In this document: one piece after another, positions 47,309 through 56,556 of the stretch
Position numbering within the stretch: the stretch's first letter is position 1
How the letters are laid out: every line of letters begins with the position of its first letter
Assembly (NCBI GenBank): GCA_965214705.1
Contig: CBDCCI010000002.1
Span: 1,152,001 to 1,216,000, forward strand
DNA: 64,000 bases
Source: Alphaproteobacteria bacterium
GTDB taxonomy: Bacteria; Pseudomonadota; Alphaproteobacteria; UBA828
Direction of reading: 5' to 3'
The notes under the pieces: generated by a model
What the model was told of the DNA's origin: nothing
Database searches by the model: none
The model's input: only the letters and a program-made list of their open reading frames with translations
Made by a program: the position numbers and the translations under genes

Positions 47309-49468
47309 CCCAAGTTGGCACTTTTTCCGGTTGCTCAATGCCGGTCTGCCCATATTTTGCGGACCGAAGTACCACATATTGGGGTAGCTCCGAGATGATG
47401 CCACTATATGTGTAATTGAGGCGCTGGAAGCGCGTTGTAGTGCCAGGAGTTGTTAGGTATTGACGATTTTCCCTTGACCCCAGACCCCAAGCCGACAAAT
47501 CTTGGCCCCTCGCAACAATCTCGCGACGGGCGACATGTTCATCAGGGCAACCAAGACCCACACCACCGACGGCAAGCCCGTCCGAAGCCATCGCCTCGTG
47601 CTCTCCCAGCGCATCGGCGACAAGGTCAGGCAGCGCACGCTCCTCAACCTCGGCACCGACTATCCGGTGCCGAAGGAGAAATGGCGCGAAGTGGCCGAAC
47701 TCGCCGAGGCGCTGCTGCACGGCCGCCCGCCGCTGCTCCAAGCCGTCCCGGACGTGCAGGCCGCAGCCGAGGACATCGTCGCCAAGCTCAGGGCCAGGGG
47801 GTTCCGTGCCGAGGCGATGCAGGAAGAGGCGCGCAAGCCCGAGATCGCCACCGTCGACCTCGATACCCTGGAGCATGAGAACCCGCGCACCGTCGGCTGC
47901 GAGCGCCTGTGCCTCAAGGCCCTCGACGACCTTGGCTTCGCCGAAATCCTCCACGGCCTCGACATCAAGGGCCGCGACGGACGCATCGCCAGCGCGCTGA
48001 TCGTCGCCAGGATGGTCCATCCCGCCAGCGAGCGTGATACCAGCCGCTGGCTCCGCCACGACAGCGCGGCCGCCGAGCTCCTGGGCCTGGAGGGCGACCG
48101 CAAGGCGCTGCGGCGCAAGACGCTCTACCGCATCGGCGACCTGCTCTGGCGCCACCGGGCCGCCATCCAGAGGGAACTGTTCAACCGTGAGCGCGCGCTG
48201 CTCGACCTGCCCGAGACGATCGCCTTCTACGATCTCACCAACGTCCACTACCACGGCCACACCGACGGCGAGCTTCCCAGGTTCGGGCGCTCCAAGCAGA
48301 AGCGCGACGACTGTCCCCTCATCACGCTGGCGCTGGCGCTCGACGGTGCGGGCTTCCCGCGCAGTTGCGAGATCCTGCCCGGCAACGTGAGCGAGCCGGG
48401 CACGCTGCACGAGGCGCTGGCCCGGCTCGAGGCGGTATGCGGCGGCACGGCGGCGAAGCCCACGGTGGTCATGGACGCGGGCATCGCCACCGAGGAGAAC
48501 ATCGTCTGGCTGGGCGAGCAGGGCTACGACTGGATCGCGGTCAGCCGCGGTGCCAGGCCTGCGCCGCCCGAGGGCGGACCCGAGGCCCTGCTGATCACCA
48601 GCGCGCGCCACGAGGTGCGGGCCTGGCGGCTTGCCAGCGAGGACGGCGAGGCGCGGCTCTACGTCGTCAGCGAGGGCAAGAAGAAGGCCGAGAACGCGAT
48701 CATCGGCCTGAGGCGGAACCGCTTCGAGGCGGCGCTGCAAAGGCTCCACGGCGGCCTTGCGGTCAAGGGCCGCCTCAAGCGCTACGACAAGGTGCTGGAG
48801 AGCATAGGCCGCCTCAAGCAGCGCTTCTCCGCCGTCGCCAGGCACTACGAGATCACGGTCGAGAAGGCGGACACCGGCCCCAATGCCACCGCCGTGCGCT
48901 TCAAGCGCAGGCCGCGATACGACGAGGCCGATGAGGGCGCGGGCGCCTATGTGCTGCGCACCAGCCACGTCGACTGGGATATCGAGACGGTCCTGCGGAC
49001 GTACTGGCGGATCACGGATATCGAGGCGACATTCCGAAGCCTGAAATCCGAACTCGGCCTTCGCCCGATCTGGCACCAGCTCGACCGGCGCATCGCGGCC
49101 CACCTGCTGATCGCCGTGCTGGCCTACCACGCCGTGCATCTGATCCGTTCCCGGCTGGCCGCGCGGGACATCCACAAGTGCTGGGCATCGATCCGCGAGA
49201 GCATGCGGACCTGGGTGCGGATCACCACGCGCCTGCGCCAGACCGACGGCACCTTGATCGTCAATCGACAGGACACGCGCCCGGCCGCTGAGGTTGCCGC
49301 AATCTCCTCGGCGGCGGGCGTGGAACCCGCCATCCACCGCACGAGGACCCGCCTGCCGAACTGACAGAATCCAACAAAATGTAGTGCCATGTTGGAACCG
49401 GCCGAGAGAAATATCGCGTTACATCAACACGATAAAGGACATGGGTAGGACAAAAGTGCCAACTTGGG
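47309..49468 (+). mobile_element. Complete IS1634-family insertion sequence (2160 bp)
   Basis: 17-bp perfect TIRs CCCAAGTTGGCACTTTT (47309-47325, reverse complement 49452-49468); TAGA duplicated at 47305-47308 and 49469-49472; internal TGTAGTGCCA at 47436 and 49380. Confidence 0.93.
47535..49364 (+). CDS. IS1634-family DDE transposase
   Basis: FYDLTN, FGRSKQKRDD, GNVSE, VVMDAGI, IEATFRSLKSELGLRPIWH, AHLLIAVLAY. Confidence 0.93.
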   Translation: MFIRATKTHTTDGKPVRSHRLVLSQRIGDKVRQRTLLNLGTDYPVPKEKWREVAELAEALLHGRPPLLQAVPDVQAAAEDIVAKLRARGFRAEAMQEEARKPEIATVDLDTLEHENPRTVGCERLCLKALDDLGFAEILHGLDIKGRDGRIASALIVARMVHPASERDTSRWLRHDSAAAELLGLEGDRKALRRKTLYRIGDLLWRHRAAIQRELFNRERALLDLPETIAFYDLTNVHYHGHTDGELPRFGRSKQKRDDCPLITLALALDGAGFPRSCEILPGNVSEPGTLHEALARLEAVCGGTAAKPTVVMDAGIATEENIVWLGEQGYDWIAVSRGARPAPPEGGPEALLITSARHEVRAWRLASEDGEARLYVVSEGKKKAENAIIGLRRNRFEAALQRLHGGLAVKGRLKRYDKVLESIGRLKQRFSAVARHYEITVEKADTGPNATAVRFKRRPRYDEADEGAGAYVLRTSHVDWDIETVLRTYWRITDIEATFRSLKSELGLRPIWHQLDRRIAAHLLIAVLAYHAVHLIRSRLAARDIHKCWASIRESMRTWVRITTRLRQTDGTLIVNRQDTRPAAEVAAISSAAGVEPAIHRTRTRLPN

Positions 49469-50385
49469 TAGAGCCCGGCGAGGCCGTTCATCTCCCTGGC
49501 CGGGTCGAGGGACAGGCCGTAGCGGAGCGTCTCGCCCTTTTCCGCGAGATAGAGGGTGCCGCCGAGCCAGTCCCAGAGCGAGAGCACGGTGCCGAAGTTC
49601 TTGTCGTGGTGCCGTACTTCGACGGAGTGGTGGATCTGATGCTGGGCCGGTGACATCAGCACCCGCTCCAGCCGCCGCCCGTAGCTTATGCGCACGTGCG
49701 AATGGCGCAGGTTGGAGCCTGCGGCGTTGAACGCGAACAGGAAGACGCTCGCGCCGAGTACCGTGAAGAGGTCCACCGCGCTGCCGAAGAAGAAGATGAA
49801 CACGGCCACCACCACCGCCTGCACCGCGGTGCCGCGCAGGCTGAAGAGCACCGCCTCCAGCGGATGGGTCCGGTAGACTGTGAGCGGCGTCAGCGTCGTC
49901 GCCGAGTGGTGGACCTTGTGGAAGGCCCAGAGCACCGGCCAGCGGTGCAGGGCGCGGTGCACCAGGTACTTCGACACGTCATCGCAGAGGAAGTGGCAGA
50001 GCGTGAAGCTCGCGACGACCAGCCAGCCGGGGAGTGCGAGGGCGGCGTCGGGCCGGCCGCCGACCAGGGTGTGCAGGCCCGAGAAGAGCGCTGTGGCGAT
50101 CGCCATGCGGCCCACCAGGCGGGGCGCGATCGCCATCATCAGCGCCTGGTTGATCGCAAACATCTTGTAGTCCGCGCGGGCGGAGGCCGACCACCAGATT
50201 GCGCGGGAGAAGATCACGCGGCGGCCGGCCGCAGTGCCCGCGCGGAGGTTCCACCCCGCCGCGCCCAAGGTCACGACGCAGGCGATGGCCAGCGCCGCCG
50301 CCAGGTAGCCGGCGAAGACGCGCTTCTTGGGATCGACGAAGCCGTCGACCAGCCCGCCGAGATAGTCGAGGACGACCGACTCCAC
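49469..50385 (-). CDS. Sterol desaturase/fatty acid hydroxylase family protein, 3' end interrupted by IS (reads on into IS to 49261; native tail at 47145-47308)
   Basis: His boxes HRALH, HKVHH, HSH, HQIHH all precede the insertion; excising the IS restores GLAGLY-VRPVLD in frame. Confidence 0.85.
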
Positions 50386-50458
50386 CGCGCCCGCGTTCGC
50401 CTCCTAAGTCACCGCGACGCCCACCACCGTAGCGGACGTCGCGGCAGAGAATAACGCC

Positions 50459-51883
50459 TCAGTCGTTCTCGGCGCTCGCGCCGTCGCCGAGCTTCTCCAG
50501 CAGCGACTCCATGTCGGAGAGCTGATCGTTCTGGCGAGCCTCGACGCCAAAAGCCGAGACCATGAGGTTCTGGAGCTTCAGCATGTCGTACTGGTAGGTC
50601 GCGAGCGGCTTGGACTCGTCCTTCACGTAGTTGCCCTGGCTGTCGATGTCGGTGACCTGGCTCAGGTTGAGCAGCACCGGGCCGAAGCCGATGATCCGGT
50701 TGAGCCTCACCGCCGTCTCGCCCAGGTTGTCGCGGCCGGTCTGCAGCGCCAGCGCGAAGCCCTTCAGCTCGCCCCAGTGTTTGGCGTAGGCGCGGAAGAC
50801 CTTGGCGGGGTCGCCGCCGGAGTCGAGGATGGTCTCGAGCTTGCCGAGGTCCTTGTAGACCGAGCCCGCGTACTTGAACACGGCCTCCGCAAGAACCTGT
50901 TCCCAGTTGGTGCGGATCGTCTCGGCGTAGTCCTGGAGCGCGCTGCGCTGGTCGTCGGTGAGCGCCGCACCGTTCGCCTCTGTGATCACCTTGCGCCCGT
51001 CGAGGAAGGCGCGGGTGATGGTGTGGAGGTAGTCGGTGCCGGACTTGTCGAAGGCGGCGGCGTAGTAGGCCAGCCCGAAGGTCATCTCGCTCTTGAGGTC
51101 GACCGCGCCGTCCAGGTCATGATCCGCATAGGCCAGCGCGTCCTCCGGTTTCTCGGACTTGCTGCCCTGCTTGGCGATCTCGTAGACCGCCTGCGGGGTC
51201 AGCGACAGCGTGTGCGCAGGCGTGCCGAAGTAGCCGAACGCCTCATCCCAGGAATGCTCCTTGCCGGTGTAGGCGGCGCCTTCCTTGTAGGGCTTGTCGT
51301 TGGGCTTGGTGTCCGCCCGCAGCTTCTCGTCCAGGTAGTTGTCGACCGCCTGGTTGTAGAACACCGCACCCAGGAGGAACTTGGAGATGAGCTGTGGATA
51401 GTCGTAGCCGTTCGCCGCATCGAAGCCCTTCTCCGCCGCCGACGCCTTGTCGATCCAGAACGTGAGGAGCTCCGGCCCGGTCATGTTGTTGGGCATGCCC
51501 GGCACCGCGCCCTTGTAGGTCTTGCCGGCGAGGTTGGTGCCCTTGCTGAGCTCGTCGACGCCGCTCTGCTTCACCACGAACGGCCCCTTGCTGGCCGGCG
51601 CGATGATCGCGCGGCCCTCGTCCTTGCCCTCGAAGTAGGAGAGCATCGTGGCTTTCAGCGCGTCGTCCGGCGCGCCGGTGCCCTTGCCGGCGAGCTTCTT
51701 CAGGGAATCGTGCAGGACCTGGCGGGCAATCTGGCCGCCGTAGGAGACCGACGTCGTCGCCGAGCCCTCATAGCCCTTCAGGGTGACCGGAAAACCCGCA
51801 TAGATGTCATCTTGCCCGTGCGCTGCCACGGGCAGCACGGCGAGGGCGAAGAGGGCGGTTCCCGCAGTAATCGTTCGCTTCAT
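50459..51883 (-). CDS. Secreted DUF4856 domain protein
   Basis: Signal peptide, SVSYGGQIAR, QLISKFLLGAVFYNQA...YL, EHSWDEAFGYFG, KHWGELKGF. Confidence 0.8.
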   Translation of the reverse strand: MKRTITAGTALFALAVLPVAAHGQDDIYAGFPVTLKGYEGSATTSVSYGGQIARQVLHDSLKKLAGKGTGAPDDALKATMLSYFEGKDEGRAIIAPASKGPFVVKQSGVDELSKGTNLAGKTYKGAVPGMPNNMTGPELLTFWIDKASAAEKGFDAANGYDYPQLISKFLLGAVFYNQAVDNYLDEKLRADTKPNDKPYKEGAAYTGKEHSWDEAFGYFGTPAHTLSLTPQAVYEIAKQGSKSEKPEDALAYADHDLDGAVDLKSEMTFGLAYYAAAFDKSGTDYLHTITRAFLDGRKVITEANGAALTDDQRSALQDYAETIRTNWEQVLAEAVFKYAGSVYKDLGKLETILDSGGDPAKVFRAYAKHWGELKGFALALQTGRDNLGETAVRLNRIIGFGPVLLNLSQVTDIDSQGNYVKDESKPLATYQYDMLKLQNLMVSAFGVEARQNDQLSDMESLLEKLGDGASAEND

Positions 51884-51941
51884 GGTGTCGACTCCCTTGT
51901 CTCTGGCCTGAGATGACCCGCGCGCAGGACCCCGGCGCGAG

Positions 51942-52538
51942 CTAATGCAGCGTGCGCGGCGCGGCCGCTCCCGGCGTTTCTCCCGCAGGGCAACCCGCGT
52001 GCTCGGCGAGCATGAGCCGCTGCGGGAGCTGGAATCCGGCCTCGCGCAGCACCCTCGCGAACGCGGCGCCGTCGGCCGCGGCGATCCGCACGCCTGCCGG
52101 CGGCAGAAACCAGGAGAGGAGGGCGGCGGCGTGCCGGTGGTCGCCCTCCTGGCAGCTCGCGAGAAACGACAGGAAGAGCCGCTCGTCGTTGCTGACGAAG
52201 CGGCAGCACATGGGGTTGAGGCGCAGGCTGCGCCCGCCCGCCCGGCCGAAGATGTTGAGGGCGCGCTCCAGCGCCTCCGCCGCTTCTGTTCCGGCCGCAG
52301 GCCCCCCGGTCGGGCAGAGCGCAACGCTGAGCTCGCCGCTGACGCGCGTCAGGATGTCCTGCCGGTATGCCGAGGCCTCGGTCTCCGTCCCCGCAGCGTC
52401 ATGGCCGGCGTTGGCCAGCCGGCGCGCCGACCACAGTACCAACTGCTCGGCGAAGGTGAGGCGGGGAATCGTCATCCCCGGCCCGTTGCGGCGTCGCGGC
52501 GCCGGTGCCTGCGCCTCCCGTTGCGTCGCGCCCTTCAT
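51942..52538 (-). CDS. Hypothetical protein (CC..VS.DE motif, C-terminal TLH)
   Basis: ORF with GAGGA RBS; start 52538 or 52475; first gene behind the Fur-like boxes. Confidence 0.65.
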   Translation of the reverse strand: MKGATQREAQAPAPRRRNGPGMTIPRLTFAEQLVLWSARRLANAGHDAAGTETEASAYRQDILTRVSGELSVALCPTGGPAAGTEAAEALERALNIFGRAGGRSLRLNPMCCRFVSNDERLFLSFLASCQEGDHRHAAALLSWFLPPAGVRIAAADGAAFARVLREAGFQLPQRLMLAEHAGCPAGETPGAAAPRTLH

Positions 52539-52573
52539 CCCTGTCCTCGCCGGTCCGCGGTGCGTCGTCTCGA

Positions 52574-52638
52574 TCTGCGAATAACTCTCATTTCGGGCAG
52601 TGTAGCCGCCGACTCAGCAAATGCAACTCATTATTATT
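52574..52638 (-). promoter_or_regulatory. Two Fur-box-like sites
   Basis: TCTGCGAATAACTCTCATT (52574-52592) and AATGCAACTCATTATTATT (52620-52638; 15/19 to AATGATAATCATTATCATT) in an AT-rich patch. Confidence 0.65.
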
Positions 52639-52790
52639 ATCGTCGTATGCGGCCGACGGGGTGTCGATTCGTCCGCCTCAGTCGCACCCCGACTCCGCGG
52701 GTATACCAGAAGCTTGATGAATAATTCGCGCGGGTCCGCTATCCATCCCGGAGCGGCACATGTCGCAACCCATTCGGGAGGCCCTGCAGA

Positions 52791-53828
52791 ATGAAGTTCC
52801 AGCTCGCCATCAACATGGAGCGGCTCGCGCCCGACCTCGACATGACCGATGTCGAGCGCCACACGCTGGAGATGGTGCAGATGGCCGACGACGGCGGCTT
52901 CGCCATCGCCTGGGCCGCAGAGCACCACGCGTTGGAGATGACCATCGCGCCCAACCCCTTCCAGATCCTCACCTGGTGGGCCGCCCATACGAGCCGCATC
53001 CGGCTCGGCTCGGCGGTGGTGGTGGCGGCCTACTGGCACCCGATCAAGGCGGCGGGCGAGGCCGCGCTGCTGGACCTCTACAGTGGCGGGCGGCTCGAGT
53101 TCGGCATCGGCTCCGGCGCTTACCAGCGCGAGTTCGACCGCATGCATCCTGGGCTGCAGCGCAACGACGCGTTCCAATACATGTTCGAGATGCTGCCCGT
53201 GGTGAAAGCGCTCTGGCAGGGCGATCACGCGCACGAGGGCGAGTTCTGGTCATTCCCGGCCGCGACCTCGGTGCCGAAGCCGCTGCAAAAGCCGCATCCG
53301 CCGATCTGGATCGCGGCGCGCTCGCCGGACACCTACGACTTCGCCGTGAAACACGAATGCAATATTCTCTCCTGGCCGCTCACCCGCCCGATGTCGGAGG
53401 TCGAGGCCTACAGGGGGCGCATGGAGTCAGCCCTCGCCGACAACCCCGGCAAGCGACGGCCGATCTTCGCCACCATGCGTCACACTGTGGTGTACGACAC
53501 TGCGGCGGAGTGGGAGGTGCCGGTGAAGGCCGCGATTCGCCAGTTCGGCCAGTTCGAGAACCTGTTCAAGAACTTGGGCGACGTCGCTAACGGCTTCCCG
53601 CGCACCATCCCCCTCTCGGAGCTGGAGAACCGGGGCGAGTACGACCCGCGCATGCTCCACGACAACCTGATGTTCGGCACGCCCGACGAGGTGATCGAGA
53701 AGCTCAGGGCCTACGAGGCGCTCGGCGTCGACCAGTTCACCTACTACGCGAGCCTCGGCCTCGGCATGAAGGAGCAGAAGCGCTCCATGCGGCTCTTCAT
53801 CGACGAGGTGATGCCGGCCTTCACATGA
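52791..53828 (+). CDS. Luciferase-like (LLM) flavin-dependent monooxygenase, TgnB-like
   Basis: AEHH, PNPF, WHPIK.AGEA, GAYQREF, PKPLQKPHPPIWIAAR, LFIDEVMPAF. Confidence 0.88.
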   Translation: MKFQLAINMERLAPDLDMTDVERHTLEMVQMADDGGFAIAWAAEHHALEMTIAPNPFQILTWWAAHTSRIRLGSAVVVAAYWHPIKAAGEAALLDLYSGGRLEFGIGSGAYQREFDRMHPGLQRNDAFQYMFEMLPVVKALWQGDHAHEGEFWSFPAATSVPKPLQKPHPPIWIAARSPDTYDFAVKHECNILSWPLTRPMSEVEAYRGRMESALADNPGKRRPIFATMRHTVVYDTAAEWEVPVKAAIRQFGQFENLFKNLGDVANGFPRTIPLSELENRGEYDPRMLHDNLMFGTPDEVIEKLRAYEALGVDQFTYYASLGLGMKEQKRSMRLFIDEVMPAFT

Positions 53829-53865
53829 CGGCGCTTGTCGGGCCAGTGATGAACGGCGGCGGCCG

Positions 53866-54714
53866 ATGAGCGCAGGTCACGCGGGCGAGACGGCCTGGGA
53901 GCGGCACGGCAGCGGTCCGCCGATCGTTCTAATCCACGGTTTCGGGCTCAACCGCGCGATGTGGCAGTGGCAGCTCCCGGCGCTCACGCCACATTTCAGC
54001 GTGCTGACCTACGATCTACTGGGGCACGGTGAGAGTGCGTCGCCGCACGGCACGCCCAGCCTCGCCATGTTCTCCCGGCAGCTTCTCGGGCTCATGGACC
54101 GCTGCGGCATCGAGCGCGCGGCTCTCGTTGGTTTCTCGCTTGGCGGCATGATCGCGCGCCGCGTCGCGCTGGATCATGCGGACCGGCTCTCGGCGCTCGC
54201 GATCCTGAACTCGCCCCACGACCGCAGCCCCGCCGAACGCGAGGCGGTCCGCCTGCGCGTCCGCCAGACCGAGGCGCAGGGGCCGTCCGCCAACGTGGAG
54301 CCCGCCCTCGAACGTTGGTTCACGCCGGCCTTCCGCGCCGAAGCGCCGGAGACCATCGCGCTCGTCCGTGCGTGGATCACGGGCAACGATCCCGCCGTCT
54401 ACCCGCGGATCTACCGGGTGCTGGCCGAGGGCGACGCCGAGTTGGTCCAGGGGCTGGAGCAGATCGCGTGTCCCACCCTGGTGATGACCGGCGAGGACGA
54501 CCCCGGCAACACGCCCGCCATGGCGCAGGCTATGGCTGGGTCGATCCCCGGCGCCCGGCTCGTGATCCTGCCCGGCCTCAGGCACATGGCGCTCGCCGAA
54601 GCGCCGCATGCGGTCAACGCGCCGCTTTGCAGCTTCCTACGCGACGCAACAACTAGGCTCCAAGAATCTGTACACGGATCGGGGACGGTCGGCCCCCTGC
54701 GGCCGGGTTGTTGA
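53866..54714 (+). CDS. Alpha/beta hydrolase (PcaD/TgnD-like)
   Basis: LIHG, YDLLGHG, GFSLGG, TGEDDPG, RHM. Confidence 0.85.
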   Translation: MSAGHAGETAWERHGSGPPIVLIHGFGLNRAMWQWQLPALTPHFSVLTYDLLGHGESASPHGTPSLAMFSRQLLGLMDRCGIERAALVGFSLGGMIARRVALDHADRLSALAILNSPHDRSPAEREAVRLRVRQTEAQGPSANVEPALERWFTPAFRAEAPETIALVRAWITGNDPAVYPRIYRVLAEGDAELVQGLEQIACPTLVMTGEDDPGNTPAMAQAMAGSIPGARLVILPGLRHMALAEAPHAVNAPLCSFLRDATTRLQESVHGSGTVGPLRPGC

Positions 54715-55279
54715 CTTGAGGGCAGTTGGAGACGATCGCGAGGACGTCGCGCTCGGCCCGCAGATCGACGTGATCGCCGGGCTTGGACGGGCCGTCGACG
54801 AAGGTCCGCTCTGCCAGACGGCCCTCTTCATGGATCGGCACAGCGCAGAAGAAGTTCACGTTGGGCACGATGTCCGTCCACCCCAGGCCGTGTTCCGCCA
54901 GGGCGGTCAGGAAGTTCTCGCGGCATCCCGGTGCGTCTTCCACGCCGTAGAGCATGGCGTTGCTGGGGGCGCTGCAGCAGCCGGCAATGGTATCGTGATG
55001 GCCGCAGGTGTCGGCGACGATCGTGAAGAGCGGTCGTCCCCGGTCCGAGTAGAGCGCGTGGCCCGTGGTCAGGCGAAGAGTGCCGCTCTTCTTGATCGTG
55101 TTCGGCGCATAGTAGCGTTCGCTCGGGTCACCCGCGTCGTAGCACAGGAAATCGACGCCCTGTTCGCCCTCCAGGTCGACGATGCGCAACACCTGGTCCC
55201 GCTGCAGGCGGGCCGACCACGGAGCGCCCGGTGCCACGATCTCGTCCTGGATAACAGGTAGCGCATCCTCTTCGTTCAT
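54653..55279 (-). CDS. DUF1989 urea-carboxylase-associated family protein (UAAP2/CgdB-like)
   Basis: LRIVDLEGEQGVD, DTCGHHDTIAGCC, CRENF, NVNFF, SNCPQVNNP. Confidence 0.88.
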   Translation of the reverse strand: MNEEDALPVIQDEIVAPGAPWSARLQRDQVLRIVDLEGEQGVDFLCYDAGDPSERYYAPNTIKKSGTLRLTTGHALYSDRGRPLFTIVADTCGHHDTIAGCCSAPSNAMLYGVEDAPGCRENFLTALAEHGLGWTDIVPNVNFFCAVPIHEEGRLAERTFVDGPSKPGDHVDLRAERDVLAIVSNCPQVNNPAAGGRPSPIRVQILGA

Positions 55280-55425
55280 CGCCGCGTCCTCCAGTCTGAC
55301 CCGTCGCATACCCTAACCCATCCGGGACGCATCGAATTCCGGTGAGGCATCCTGGAACGGGAGAGCGCGCCCGCCAGGGAACGACGGATGGTCCTCTGAC
55401 GTGAAACCTGGCGCCGGATAGCGCT

Positions 55426-56295
55426 CTACCCAAACGCGGCGAGGACCCCGACGCCGCCCACCACCATCGCGACGCCACCCCATTGCAGCGGCGAGACCGG
55501 CTCGCGCAGGAAGATGCGCGCCAGCACTACCGTGACCACCGTGTAGCCCACGCTCGCCACGATCGCGTATTCGCCGTTGGGGAGGCCGAGGCCGGTGTAG
55601 AGCAGCAGGTGGCCCATGGTATCGAGGACCCCGAAGGCCAACAGAATCGGCCAGGCCCGTGCCGGGAAGCGGACACGCTCGCGGCGGGCGAGCACGATCG
55701 TCGCGAGCGCCACGAAGCCGATGAGGCGAACCACCAGCACGGTCTGCCAGGGGCCGTAGATGTCGATAGCCCGGTCGGCGGCGGTGAGCGAGGCGGCAAA
55801 GGTCGCCGCCGCACCCAGCGAGCAGAGGATGGTCCGTCTGACCACGGCGGGCGCGTATTCCGGTGCGGAGCCTTCGGCAGGCATCGCCCGCGCCACTAGC
55901 CAGACCCCCGCCATGGTGGCGACCATGGCGCCCCAATGGAGCGGGTCGGGACGGGCACCGAGGGCGACTGAAATGGGCACCGCGATCGCCGGGTAGCAGG
56001 CCACCACCGGCGAGGCGAGCGACACCGGACCGTGAGTGATGGCGTGATAGAACAGAAGCGAGCCGATCACGGTGCCGGCGCCGATGCCGAAGAGCCAGTG
56101 GATGCCGTCGAGGCGCCAGTCGAAGGGCACGCCCGACGCCGCCATGATGGCCGCAATCAGCGCGGCACCGATCGTCATCATCGTGCAGGTCGCGACGAGG
56201 ACGCCCACCGAGCGGCCAGCGAAACGCGCGATGACGTCCGAGAGGCCCCAGGCGAGCGCGCAGCCCGCGCCCCAGGCGGCCGCGCTCTCTAACAT
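55426..56295 (-). CDS. DMT/EamA family transporter
   Basis: About 10 TM helices, GPVSLASPV, LARIFLRE..S..QW.G. Confidence 0.85.
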   Translation of the reverse strand: MLESAAAWGAGCALAWGLSDVIARFAGRSVGVLVATCTMMTIGAALIAAIMAASGVPFDWRLDGIHWLFGIGAGTVIGSLLFYHAITHGPVSLASPVVACYPAIAVPISVALGARPDPLHWGAMVATMAGVWLVARAMPAEGSAPEYAPAVVRRTILCSLGAAATFAASLTAADRAIDIYGPWQTVLVVRLIGFVALATIVLARRERVRFPARAWPILLAFGVLDTMGHLLLYTGLGLPNGEYAIVASVGYTVVTVVLARIFLREPVSPLQWGGVAMVVGGVGVLAAFG

Positions 56296-56556
56296 CGACC
56301 CGCTGTCACGATGTCATGCGATCATGCGGGGCAGCCGTCCGCGCGCGTGCTGGCGGCCGGGTGAGTGGGACGGTACGAGGGCGGGGCCATGGCGGCGCGG
56401 ATTATGGGCGAGGGTGCCTGCGATGGCGACCCGGCCGCTTCCGCCTCGGCATCAGAAACTTGTTGCTCCATCCGCCGGGCGATGTCGTAATTGGAATAGT
56501 ACGCAGTGCGTGCATGACCAGATCGGCCAGGGAGGCGCCTGACCGGCGTCGTTGCC

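Noticed and set aside
55280-55425. Guanidine riboswitch upstream of DUF1989
   Set aside because: No ykkC-type core or twin ACGR-loop hairpins visible on the minus strand
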